A stretch of 64,000 bases of DNA from Eledone cirrhosa. Lineage: Eukaryota. Under the pieces are notes generated by a model. That model was not told the origin of the DNA. It saw only the letters and a list, made by a program, of their open reading frames with translations, and did no database searches. The position numbers and the translations under genes are program-made. Location of the stretch: the NCBI GenBank assembly GCA_964016885.1, contig OZ024750.1, positions 17,670,001-17,734,000 on the forward strand, in the 5' to 3' direction. Below are positions 31,699-44,968 of this stretch, piece after piece; position 1 is the first letter of the stretch, and the number at the start of each line of letters is the position of its first letter.

Positions 31699-31846
31699 GA
31701 TATATATACACATAGTAAATGAATGAAGAATAACATGGATTGGCTGTACAATAGGGTTTATTCAAATGTTTATAACAAATGTTCCATTAGTCTGGTGTGT
31801 CTAAAAACCGCTGTTCGTAAAATGCTATATATACATATATATATAA

Positions 31847-31917
<71 letters not shown>

Positions 31918-31920
31918 AAT

Positions 31921-31957
<37 letters not shown>

Positions 31958-32056
31958 AATATATATATATATAAATATATATATATATCATCATATACAC
32001 ACACACATATATATATGCACACATATATATATATATACATATATGCATATATATAT

Positions 32057-32108
<52 letters not shown>

Positions 32109-32156
32109 TTATGTCATAAACAACACAATACAAAATTTAATATGGATTTAATAATT

Positions 32157-32229
32157 TTCCTTTCTAATGAACGACTTCGGACGCCTCTGTTGAGATTGCC
32201 TGTCTTCGTGAAACCTTTGGTAAATGGAA
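32157..32229 (+). ncRNA. Hammerhead with core mutation (CTAATGA), same family as 16080
   Basis: ttccttt CTAATGA acga..tcgt GAAA cc ttt gg TA aatggaa; short inverted arm 32116-32133 / 32233-32250; tail matches 16341-16405. Confidence 0.65.
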
Positions 32230-32413
32230 TAATTGTATTATGTTGTTTATTATATAAATAAATAGCTCTGTTCTATACATAGAGCACTCTTCCTTCCTTT
32301 ACCTTTTCTACGGAAATACTTCATATATAGAGAGTTAATAAATGAAACAAACAAACACAGGAGGTAAATTTACACAGTTATATTAGGTCCACGCTTGGAG
32401 GAAGTGGAGGAGG

Positions 32414-32449
32414 TTTCAACGTTTCAAACAGAAGTCTTTCATCAGGAAT
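32414..32449 (-). ncRNA. Minimal hammerhead ribozyme (dimer type)
   Basis: ttc CTGATGA a agac ttct gttt GAAA cg TT gaa; palindromic AACGTT stem III region. Confidence 0.7.
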
Positions 32450-32451
32450 CC

Positions 32452-32665
32452 CAATGGATGGAAGACACAGTAGAGTAAGACCACGAAAATCATGGGCGAA
32501 GGTGTTGAGAGAGCTGACCTTAGATCACTGAAGCTCACAGAGGAGATGACGAAGGACCTTGACAAATAGAGAGATGCTGTGCTGAATAGGACTCGTCCCA
32601 CCATTGCAAGCAGGGAAAAGCAGATGTAAAATGATGATGATGATGATGATGATGAAGATGATGAT
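32452..32665 (+). mobile_element. RTE LINE 3' end
   Basis: RPRKSW-like remnant, tail cccaccattgcaagcagggaaaagcagatgtaaa(ATG)n; similar to 7680-7750. Confidence 0.7.
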
Positions 32666-33339
32666 ACATATTTGGTTACAGAACCCTTATTAAATTTTCA
32701 AAAAAGCCACAGTAGCTGCACCTATATATAACAGGCAATATATATCACCTCAATTTTAATAAGACATTAAGTGAAACAAAAATTGTTTCAGGGAGAGAAT
32801 TTATTCATATAACAAATAAATTTTCATTAAATTTTATTGAAAGACATCTTATCTTGAGCGTCCCTGGAGATATTTTGTGGAACCTACTTTAAAAAATGCT
32901 ACTTTACTGATATCTTTTGTGCAAAAAAATCTTTTTTCTTTTTTTTAAATAGCATCAAAATTTAATGAAATTCTAAAATCAACATCAATGTGTCTATGCA
33001 ATAAAGACACACAGACAGACAACAGACAGAATATATAGACACAGAGACAGAAATACTGTATTGTTTTCACATTTTGGTTTAATTTTCATGATAAACATTG
33101 TTGACAAGCAGATAGAGGAATTTGAAATACTGAGTTCAATCTTTTTTTTATTTAAATTTAGATGTTACTAATATTAGATATTGAAAATTTCATAAAAAGT
33201 TAATTTATAAAACCAAACAGCTATATTTTTTCAAATAAAGTCTTTACCCAGTTTAACTACACATTGAAATTATATGGAAAGCACACATATTTGGTAGGAA
33301 TATTGTATATATTGGTAATAAAATCTCTAGCTAGTCTCT

Positions 33340-33835
33340 ATAAAATTTTATTAGAATTTCCAAAGTCTTAGCTGCTATGAACAAAATGGAAAGAGTATGG
33401 AAATCAAATCTACCCAGAAAAATCGAAATATCATTCTTCAGAACATCTGTTGAGTCAGTATTGTTGTAGGGATCAAATACATGGACCCTGACACAAGCAC
33501 TTGAGAAGAAACTTGATGGGGGCATACACTAAAATGCTTGGAGTTGTACAAAACATGAAAGTTTATACGGTGACTTGCTAACAACTACAGTTACTTAAAG
33601 ACAGTTACAATTTGCAGGACATTGTTGGAGAAGTAAGTAGGAAGTTATATACAAGCTACTATTGTGGGAACTAACTCATAGGAGACGCAGTAGAGGAAGA
33701 CCTGCTTGAACCTTCATCAATCAACTTTCAGACGATACAAACCTCAGTAGGAAGCAGTTGCCAGGAGCAATGGAAAATCGTGAATTATGGAGAGACTTTG
33801 TCAGGAATATTCGCATGTGGTCGCAATAATGATGA
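33340..33835 (+). mobile_element. Degraded RTE-clade LINE 3' fragment
   Basis: MNKMERVWKSNLP..FFRTSVESVLL*GSNTWTLT..LDG, FAGHCWRS, LLLWE..RRSRGRP. Confidence 0.8.
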
Positions 33836-34771
33836 ATTGTTACATATTGAAACTATATAGAAAAAACACTGACTTGAGAGCAATATTGTATGTGTACAGT
33901 CCCATAACTCCTGGTAGGGGCACCTATTAACATACAGCATTTCTTGAGCATTTTAAGCCTGACGGAGCCCATCTCTCTCCAGGCCTGACTACAGCAGATT
34001 TCTTTCAGAGATAGGAAGAATCGACCCCAGTACTAGACTGGTACATTTTTTATCGACCTCGAAAGGATGAAAGACAAAGTTGACCTTGGCAGGATTTGAA
34101 CTCAGAGAGCAGAGAGTCAGAACAAATATCATAAAGCATTTTATCTGATGTTTTCATGACTCTGCCAATTCGCCAACTATAATAGTGTACATATATTGGT
34201 AAAAACAGTCAAATATGTTACACATTGAAGCTATATAAAAAAATACACTGACATCAAAGGAATATTGCATATTTATTGGTAATGAAACTCTAGTCAGTTA
34301 TGTTACACATTGAAATTATATGGAATACAAACTCACTTGGTAGCAATATTATATATACATTGGCAATATATTCTCTAAAGAGGACAGGCTACATGCCATA
34401 TAAACTGCCATTACAGTCTCTGAGTGTAAATCCCATCTGGGTCACCTTTTGCCTTTCATTCTTCTGGGGTTGATGAAATAAAGTACCAGTCAAGTACTGG
34501 GGTGGATTTAATCAACTTTTCTTTTCTCCCAAATTTGCTGGCCTTGTGCCTAAAATATAAATCAATACTATATGTATTGGTAATACTGTTTCTTGTCAAA
34601 ATTGTTACACACTGAAATCATGAGTTTTATATTGAATAAGGGCAATAACCCAGAAACAGTATTGTCAAATGTTTCTCTCTGTCACTGCTAGAAGAAAAGG
34701 ATGGCAATGGTCATCTAAACAACATATCATAGTGAGGCTGTTTGCTTGCAAACGAATCGAATATCATTATT

Positions 34772-35011
34772 CGGCGGTGCATTGGCAGAATCGGTTGAGC
34801 ATCGGGCGCCCTGCTTTTAAGCATAGTTATGACCCTTTACATTCTGAGTTCAAATCTCGCCAAGGTTAGCTTTGCCTTTCATCCTTATGGGTAATACGCT
34901 GCTATTATCTTATAGGTAATAGCACCAGTAATACACTGGGATCAATTTAATCGACTCTTCCATCCTCCAACTTGCTGACCTTGTGCCTATAGTAGAAATC
35001 ATTATTATTAT
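34772..35011 (+). mobile_element. SINE family B, long variant
   Basis: Similar to 11253-11484; older pieces at 34020-34175 and 34420-34560. Confidence 0.75.
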
Positions 35012-35641
35012 TCGATATAAAACTCACGAATACATTCTGTTATTCTTTTTACACAGAAACACAAGAGATAGCTTTTAAATGTTTCACAGCTGATCGTCAA
35101 TAGAAAATCATCCTTATCTTTCATCAATAGAAAAGCATCCTTATCTTTCATCAATAGAAAAGCATCCTTATGTTTCAACCCACAATAAGAGCGATAATCA
35201 AATGCTATTGACATCAATAACAAACCAGGACTTAACTGAAATGGCTAGTTTAGTTTGTATAATATGCATTAGTCAGTGGCATAATGAACTATAATAATAA
35301 ACCATGTGTTTGTATAGCTGTTTATATCATCCTCATCATCATCATCATCATCGTTTAATGTCCATCTTCCATGCTAGCATGGGTTAGACGGTTTTGTTCC
35401 ATTTAATGCGGGAATGGTCGGGAGACTATGTCTCATTCACACGGAAGCATCTCTGGCATGTTTTTATTTTACAGCTGGATGCCCTTCCTAACACCAACCA
35501 CGTTTACAGTGTGGACTGGGAGCTTTTCCACCGTATCTCCTACACAGCCACCTTACAGTGTGGACTGTTGTGTCATCGACACAGTGGACAGAACAGGAGA
35601 GGGAGGATGGGGTAGGGTGTGGGGATGGGGTGTACATTGGG

Positions 35642-35696
<55 letters not shown>

Positions 35697-37060
35697 ATCT
35701 GTAACTCTTCAGTATTTACATATGCAATGCATTTCCTGCCTGTTTGCATCATGTTGATATGAAGTTCACTTTCAAATCACAAGGTCCTGGGTTCTAACCT
35801 TACATTTCATTTATTCCTGTAAATAGTTATTTCTACATAGATACTGGACATTTATGTAATTATAACCTAAAAATAAATTATCAAAATAACATTCTTATAT
35901 TTAACTTTCAAGTGTCAGTAATCAACATAAACTATAGGGTTTCTTTTATGCAAACCATTAATTTATCAAAACACAAATTTTCCACTTTTTATGATTGTTC
36001 ATATATCAAGTAATCCAGATATATATGATATATAACCTTCCATGGGTCTCTAATCAACATAAGCTATAAGGTTTCTCTTATGCAAATAACTAATTTATTA
36101 AAATACAAATTTCCCAATTTTGATGATTATTTATATATTTGGTTATCATGGTATATATGGCTTTCCAATCAACATAAACAATAAGGTTTCATCATTCATC
36201 ATAATTTCATTTTACGTCCGCTTTTCCCTGCTTGCAAGGGTGGGACGGGAACTGATTCTGGCTTGATTTCTACAGCTGGATGCCCTTCCTAACACCAACC
36301 TCATTTACAGTGAGTGCTGGGTGCTTTTTTGCCGTGGCACCTCCACGACCACTTTGCAGTGGAATGATAGAGACCCCAGCTATATATCTAGTAATGGTGG
36401 GATATATGGTATACCAAAATTGGACTTCCAAAATTAAATATATTCAGAGCCATTGTCACCATTATTGATAACAAGGGTCTACTTCTTCGCCTACTTAATC
36501 CTGACGGGGTGTTGTGAAGGCAGAGTCCTCAAACACTCCTTGCAGTGGGTCCTGTCAGATGCAACCATCTCCAACTGATCTGGCTGGATCATATTCTTTC
36601 AGTCATTACTCAAGATTCATGACCATAAGTAAGGGTTTGCATGAAAACTGAACTGAAGATAGCAAGTTTGAAGACAACAAAGGTTCACTAGTTTATTAAA
36701 TGGTATTTATACATGACAGAGTAAGAGTGTATATTAGAATATCTAAGATAAATTTAATGAAAGTATTACTACAGTTTTGGAGATACTTTCTTTTAGTTTT
36801 AAATAATAATAGCTAATAAATAAAGAAAGAATTAGTTTATCTTCTGCAGCCGAACACAAAGATTTAACATGAGAAAAGAAAGTCAGACTCTAACGATTTA
36901 AGATTAGTTCACTTATTGATTTATGTATTGTTTATAATAAATAGGATTAGATGAATATATGAACAGATGGAGGGCACGAATATATGAATATATTATATTA
37001 TGATATCTCTCCATATATATATATATATGTATGTATATATATATATATATATATGTATAC

Positions 37061-37144
<84 letters not shown>

Positions 37145-37278
37145 ATATACATATATATATATATGTATACATATACATATATATGTATATCTATATGTAT
37201 ACATATATATACATATATACATATACATATATACATATACATATATATGTATATGTATACATATATATATATATGTAT

Positions 37279-37381
<103 letters not shown>

Positions 37382-37450
37382 TAAATATATATATACATGA
37401 CAGCGTGAAAGAACGGACGTAAAACGGTGATGATGATGATGATGATGATG

Positions 37451-37524
<74 letters not shown>

Positions 37525-37527
<3 letters not shown>

Positions 37528-37815
37528 GAAAAAATCAGTGATGCACCTGGACTCAATTTATTGTGTGTTACAATTGTTTCACCGGCAGATAGCTCGAGAC
37601 ACGATCAATGTATAGATCTGTCTGTTCCAGAATCAGACAGATCTATACAATGATCGTGTCTCAAGCTATCTGCCGGTGAAACAATTGTAACACACAATAA
37701 ATTGAATCCAGATGCATCACTGATTTTTCGTTGTATATTTTATCACACTCTGCTCTGTAAGAACATAGAGTTCTCAACTGGCATACCGCCTATGGAAGCA
37801 TCATAGCTACCATTA
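37525..37815. mobile_element. Fold-back element, about 100-bp arms, hammerhead 3' half
   Basis: Arms 37525-37624 and 37634-37732; GAAA caattg TA at 37678-37689; tail gctct..agagt. Confidence 0.8.
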
Positions 37816-37816
37816 A

Positions 37817-37862
<46 letters not shown>

Positions 37863-37866
<4 letters not shown>

Positions 37867-38055
37867 TTAATATAGATGAGATTCTACAGGACTAGAACTG
37901 TTTCATTCTTTAGAAATCATCAGGAATCCTGATGATTTCTAAAGAATGAAACAGTTCTAGTCCTGTAGAATCTCATCTATATTAAAACTTTTATACTCTG
38001 CAATGTATTGAGTACCTTACTTACTGTGGTTACCTCCGATTCAACCCGGAATAAC

Positions 38056-38058
<3 letters not shown>
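37863..38058. mobile_element. Fold-back hammerhead element, perfect 63-bp arms
   Basis: Arms 37863-37925 and 37927-37989 around a single base; tail to 38058; (TA)n both sides. Confidence 0.9.
37879..37929 (-). ncRNA. Type I hammerhead ribozyme (mirror copy on plus strand 37927-37971 has a weaker stem I)
   Basis: ggattc CTGATGA tttctaaagaat GAAA cag ttctagtc ctg TA gaatct: 6-bp stem I. Confidence 0.8.
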
Positions 38059-38096
<38 letters not shown>

Positions 38097-38126
38097 GTGG
38101 TTACACAACAGTTAGTTGACCATATT

Positions 38127-38162
38127 GAGAACAATTGTTTCACCTTAGCGGATCCTCAGCTC
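38127..38162 (-). ncRNA. Minimal hammerhead ribozyme (left arm)
   Basis: Exact mirror of 38220-38255. Confidence 0.75.
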
Positions 38163-38219
38163 GTAATGGGCATGGTTATAGGAACAAGTCCTTACTGTTC
38201 CTATAACCATGCCCATTAC

Positions 38220-38255
38220 GAGCTGAGGATCCGCTAAGGTGAAACAATTGTTCTC
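38220..38255 (+). ncRNA. Minimal hammerhead ribozyme (right arm)
   Basis: gag CTGAGGA tccgctaaggt GAAA caattg TT ctc; palindromic AACAATTGTT stem III region. Confidence 0.75.
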
Positions 38256-38864
38256 AATATGGTCAACTAACTGTTGTGTAACCACTTCTACCTAACTCGT
38301 CCCATGGACTGAGTGCTCTACCACTACGAATATTACCTTCCATTTTTCCAACACTACCTCTCCTCCTCCCCTTTCTTCCCGTTTGACCTGTCCGTAATCC
38401 TTTTCTCGCGGGCACTTGGCCAAGCCGGTATGAATTTTTTTTCTCTCTCGTCTGCGACTTCACAGAACTTATGTTTAACTTATGTTTACCAAATTCGCAG
38501 ACCAGACCCCTTCTTCTTCCCCCCGTTAGACCTGTGCGAAATTCCTTCCTTGCTCACATTTCAACCAGGTTTGATGGTCTTTAGTCTCTCGTTCACGATT
38601 TCACCGAATTTATATTCATAGAAATCTGGGACTTGTTTCCTTCTTCATTACTTTCTGCTGCTTAAACCATTTTGTTCGTTTACCCTAGCGTCCCCTTTAT
38701 TTACATGTCCCAACGACTTTTTTTTAGCCGTTGCTCGCACCAACCTGAGGTATATGGCCTCTAATGCGACGAAATGCCTACGACGGTTGGATGGCCACTG
38801 ATGAAGGACAAACTTTTTCATATGTAACCCATTTTCAGCGCCGCAGCTCCATTATTATCATATT

Positions 38865-38938
<74 letters not shown>

Positions 38939-38939
38939 C

Positions 38940-38972
<33 letters not shown>

Positions 38973-39009
38973 CATATATATATACATATATATATATGTA
39001 TATATATAC

Positions 39010-39056
<47 letters not shown>

Positions 39057-39077
39057 TATATACATATATATATATAC

Positions 39078-39182
<105 letters not shown>

Positions 39183-39780
39183 TACACACACAAAAATGAA
39201 GACACGTGGCTGAGTGGTTAGAGAATTGGATTCGCAATCGTGAGGTTGTGAGTTCGATTCCTGGACCGGGCGATGCGTTATGTCCTTGAGCAAGACACTT
39301 TATTTCACGTTGCTCCTTCTACCTGGAGTTGCGACCGATAGAGACTATTAGCAATTGGAAAGACCAACAGAAACATTGTTTCCTCGGTCCGATTTGACAA
39401 AGGTTAATTGACTGTCAATATATAGACAAGTTTCACGGTCTCAGATCAAGTACAACTCCACTATGTTGAGAAACATATACTAAAGTAAAAGTAAACCAAA
39501 CTATAAAGAAAGAGAGTCTGAATACAGCTTTACAAGAAAAGTGTTTATGCATGTCTTCTCTCTCTTTCTGGATTATTTTATTGATTTGTTTCGTTTGTAA
39601 ACCATAAACATTATAAAATGTAATACACACCATTTATTGGTTGAGATATGATGGAAATATCTAGAGAGAAGACTATGTATAATAGATGGAATATTGAATG
39701 AAATATATTTGAGAATATGGAAGTAATTTGAAGGAAATGTTTATATATATATGTATGTATGTATATATATATATATATAT

Positions 39781-40244
<464 letters not shown>

Positions 40245-40259
40245 TATATACAAAATTTA

Positions 40260-40298
<39 letters not shown>

Positions 40299-40630
40299 GT
40301 ATATATAATATATATATATATATGTACATATATATATATGTACATATATATATATGTATGTGTGTGTACGTGTGTGTGTCTGTTAGACTGAGAATTTGAG
40401 TAAAGTTTAATAAAACATTAACATTTGAGTGTTTATATATGAAAATCTAATAAACAGGTTTTATATTAAAGAATAATTTCATGGAACGCTGTAATAACAG
40501 TATATTGGGTTTATAGAAACATCTTGTAGATATATAAACACAAGTTTAGGAGGAATGCAATTTACAAAAGAATTGAATCAATAAAAATTCATTAAAGGAT
40601 CCCCCAAAAAGTAGAATTTGTGTGTATGTG

Positions 40631-40755
40631 TATAATAATAATAATAATGAAATTATTGTGTACAGTGCTCAGGTGCACTACAACTCATCAAAGGTGCATG
40701 TATAGTACATAGAATAATGTACAAATGTCAGGAAAATAAACAGTGTATGAGTCAT
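40631..40755 (-). mobile_element. CR1 3' end fragment
   Basis: Reverse complement of 58503-58625. Confidence 0.8.
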
Positions 40756-41059
40756 GATATAATAACAATAACAATATATGAGAGTATGTGTGTGGGTATG
40801 TGTGTGTGAGTGTGTGTGTGTGAGTGTGAGTGTTTATATGTGTGTGTATATGTGTGCATATGTGTGTGTGTATGTGTATGATAGTATGTGTGTGGGTATG
40901 TGTGTGTGAGTGTGTGTGTGTGAGTGTGAGTGTTTATATGTGTGTGTATATGTGTGCATATGTGTGTGTGTATGCGTGTGTGTATGTGTATGATAGTATG
41001 TGTGTGGGTATGTGTGTGTATATGTGTACATATGTGTGTATATGTGTGGGTATGTGTGT

Positions 41060-41222
41060 GCTGAGCTCCGGCCATTTCAACAGCTAGATCCAACAGCTGT
41101 CGAAACGGTCAGTGCTCAGCCGTCAGGGTCCTGAATCTTTTCATATTACCCACTCTACTACCCCCAGTATCGAGTACTCTGGTGGGTTATGGTCCACCTG
41201 GTATTTTACCACACCCTATCTG
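41060..41222 (+). mobile_element. Short fold-back element with hammerhead 3' half
   Basis: Imperfect 26-bp arms; gtcGAAAcggTCagtgctcagc; tail homologous to 16838-16910. Confidence 0.65.
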
Positions 41223-41312
41223 ATATATATATATATATTTCCCTGTTTTATTGATGGCACACTCTCTCTCTCTCTCTCTCTCTCTCTAGTGTGTTACCCT
41301 TTCAACATATTG

Positions 41313-41362
<50 letters not shown>

Positions 41363-41448
41363 GTGTGTGTGTGTGTATGTGTGACAGGTTTCTGCAGTTT
41401 CTATCTACCAAATTCCACTCAGAAGGCATTGGTCATTCTTAAGCTATA

Positions 41449-41635
41449 ATTGTTTCTACTTTAGGCACAAGGCCAGCAATTACCCAGTGCATTACTGGTA
41501 CTTTATTTTATCGACCCCGTAAGGATGAAAGGCAAAGTCAACCTCGGCGGGATTTGAACTCAGATCGTAAAGGGACGTAACTATGCTGGAAAGCATGGCG
41601 TCCTACCCTCTACCGATACTGCCAATCCACCGCCC
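41449..41635 (-). mobile_element. SINE family B young copy with target-site duplication
   Basis: attcttaagctataat is repeated on both sides (41435-41450 and 41637-41652). Confidence 0.92.
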
Positions 41636-42154
41636 TATTCTTAAGCTATAATAGAAGACACTTAGTCAAGATCCTACACAGTGGAACTGAACCCAGACGA
41701 CATGTTTGTGAAGTAAATTTCTTCAACACACAGTCATGATGCCTGTGCCTAAATTATCTAAGAGAAATTCCATTAGTTCTAGGAAAGGAGTGAATGTAGT
41801 TCATCATATCTGTGAGGTCAGGTGTTAAGGTGGGATGTGATGAGAAGAGACAGGGGAAAAAATGCAGTTTATTTGAGATTAGTGAAGAGAAAGAAGCTGG
41901 GCAGAGGAAGCTTATGGTTCCAACACATACCAATGTCACGTGCATTCTGGTTGCACATACCAATGTCACGTGCAAGCTGGCTGCTCACACCAATGCCATG
42001 TGTATGCTGCCTGCACATACCAAACCTACGTGCATGCTGGCCATGTTCTACTTAGGAGGCAAAGATCAAACACTTTACAATTATTGATTATCAATAAACA
42101 AACAAACACATTTTTCCACTCACAGTGTTGTAACTGAATGGTAACATTTATTCC

Positions 42155-42545
42155 CATACAACACTGCAGTGTACACTTACACACATACAACACTGCAGTG
42201 TACACTTACACACATACAACAATGAAGTGTACACTTACTTGCATACAGCAATGAAGTGTACACATATTTACATACAATAGTGAGATCTACACTTACATAC
42301 AATACTGCAGTGTACACTTACACACATACAACAATGAAATGTACACTTACTTATATACAGCAATGAAGTGTACACATATTTACATAACAATAGTGAGATG
42401 TACACTTACATACAATACTGCAGTGTACACTTACACACATACAACAATGAAATGTACACTTACTTATATACAGCAATGAAGTGTACACTTATTTACATAC
42501 AATAGTGAGATGTACACTTACATACATACAACACTGCAGTGTTCA
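42155..42545. repeat. About 26-bp degenerate minisatellite with higher-order repeat
   Basis: acatacaacactgcagtgtacactt variants; a 30-bp x4 repeat also lies at 41920-42045. Confidence 0.85.
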
Positions 42546-42587
42546 TTTACATGTAGATATACATATATGTATGTATGTATGTTTGTA

Positions 42588-42680
<93 letters not shown>

Positions 42681-42767
42681 GTAAAAGGTAAACAGAAATA
42701 CCAACACAATCGGTACAGTATATGGAAGGGATATATTAGGTTAATGCTTGATATATCAGGAAGGGGG

Positions 42768-42803
42768 TCTTAACGTTTCAGACGCTAATCCTTCATCAGA
42801 AGA
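42768..42803 (-). ncRNA. Minimal hammerhead ribozyme
   Basis: tctt CTGATGA a ggat tagc gtct GAAA cg TT aaga; lies in a unique island between microsatellites (about 42680-42900). Confidence 0.75.
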
Positions 42804-43067
42804 AAGAATGAGAAATAAGATAAATTGAGGGGACGGGTGATATAGAATTGGAAACAATGTCCTTAGATAAAAATAACAGGTCCATTTATGTTGATATCTC
42901 TTACACACACATATATATCTATATATATCATCATCATACACACACACATATATATATACATACATATATATATATATACACACATATATATATATACACA
43001 CACACACACATATATATACACACACACACATATATATATACACACACACACATATATATATATGTAT

Positions 43068-43102
<35 letters not shown>

Positions 43103-43345
43103 CATTACACGCATACATATATATATATTTGTGTGTATATATATATATATATTTATATATATATAATTACTTTAATGCTGATTTGCCCAAAGCTTTGATA
43201 AGTTAATACATTAATTTGATAATAAATTAATGACTCTTTCATATGTATTTTTATATTTCCTGTATATTTTTATATATATATATGTTTCTCCCTTGATCTT
43301 GCTATTTTATCTAATGAGAATATAAATATATTAATATCTGTGTGA

Positions 43346-43389
<44 letters not shown>

Positions 43390-44717
43390 TTGATTGAATG
43401 TGTCTATGTCTCTCTGTTTTGTGTGGCTGTTTGTGTATGTGTATATTTGTATGTATGTGTGTCTATGATTGCCTATGTATGTTTGTTTGCATATGTATAT
43501 TTATGTATATGTGTGTTAATATGTCTACGCATGTCTAAGAGTATTTGTGAGTATGTCTATGTATCTCTGTGTGTATATATGTATGTGTTATGTTTGCATA
43601 GAAATGTTTAATTCAAAAGTACTTTTATATTCAATGATTACCACAAGATTTAGGTTTCATTAAGAAATCAAAATAACTACATTTTTTTTCTGCATTTATT
43701 AATTTGACTTGGGTTTTCTAGATCTATAAATATAAACATCTACAATAATTCTTTAAGTATTTCTTCCTTGCTATATTTGGAGAAATATTTACAAGAAATC
43801 TTTAACCCTATCGCTCTCATATTTCTAATGAAAAACATTGATAACTTTGATAGGTTTCAGTCAGTATTGGCCCAGGCCATGTCTAACTTAATAGCACCAC
43901 ATGATGACCTATGATATTCAAATAATTTTGAAAATAATCAAGAATTTGGAAAGATTTAACAATTTAACTAACTTTCTCAATATTAAGTTGGTGTTTGAAA
44001 CATTATTTAGTTCATCAAAAATAGATTTCTGGTGAGGTGTATGAAAAACCCATCCAGTGCATGGAAGTAAAACAAGCTGTTTAACCCTTTAGCATTTAAA
44101 CCTGCCATATTTGGCTATAATTCTCTCACCTCTTTCTGTTCAAACTGGCTGTAACTGGCCGCTCATACTGATGTTAAGGTATTGTTCTCAAAATAAATAT
44201 CAAAATCTTAGGAAAGTTTCTAATAAACTACCGTTTGTAAACTCCATTGTATTTTATCAATAATGATAATAATGATAATAATAATTGTTTCTACTTTTGG
44301 CACAAGTCCAGCAATTACCCAGTGCATTACTGGTACTTTATTTTATCGACCCCGTAAGGATGAAAGGCAAAGTTAAAAATATATAAAATATACATACATA
44401 TGTATATATATATATATTTATACATATATATACATATGTATGTATATATTTATATATATATATATATATACGGTAGACAGATGCAATTCAATTCAAGCAC
44501 TCGACGTCATGTTACAATTTTTGTCCATTCTCTTACATCTCTCTATATATATATACATATTAGGTATAAACCAAAGTTGTAGCTGCCACACAGCAAGTAC
44601 TATATATAAGAAATACATATTTCCTAGTCAATCTATGAGGAAAGTTACCGATTAAGTACTGGCTGTCTGAAATGACCTGTTTAACACATTCCAGGCGTAA
44701 AATAGCAACGATGATGA

Positions 44718-44968
44718 AGCTCCATGCTTCCTGGGATTCGCCAACACAGCACCTGATGTCCCTCTTCCATACACACGCACACATGTATTTCATGACTTGT
44801 ACACTGTTCATTTTCCTGACATTTGAACATTAAAGTACCAGTAATGTACTGGGTAATTTTCTGGCCTTGTGCCAATAGTAGAAACAATTATTCTATGTAC
44901 TATACATGCACCTTTGATGAGTTGTAGTGCACATGAGCACTGTACACAATAATTTCATTATTATTATT
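44718..44968 (+). mobile_element. CR1 3' end fragment interrupted by a SINE tail
   Basis: Homologous to 58433-58625. Confidence 0.8.

Larger units (their letters stand above)
38092..38865. mobile_element. Fold-back hammerhead element, perfect 95-bp arms, long pyrimidine-rich extension
   Basis: Arms 38092-38186 and 38196-38290; a second orphan CTGATGAAGG core at 38798; bounded by (TA)n. Confidence 0.8.

Noticed and set aside
38795-38830. Hammerhead at ccaCTGATGAagg
   Set aside because: No GAAA or closing stems downstream; at most a deleted remnant.
39320-39465. GAAAC-containing hairpins on both strands
   Set aside because: No CUGANGA core with matching stem I could be placed; may be a truncated element but is unsupported.
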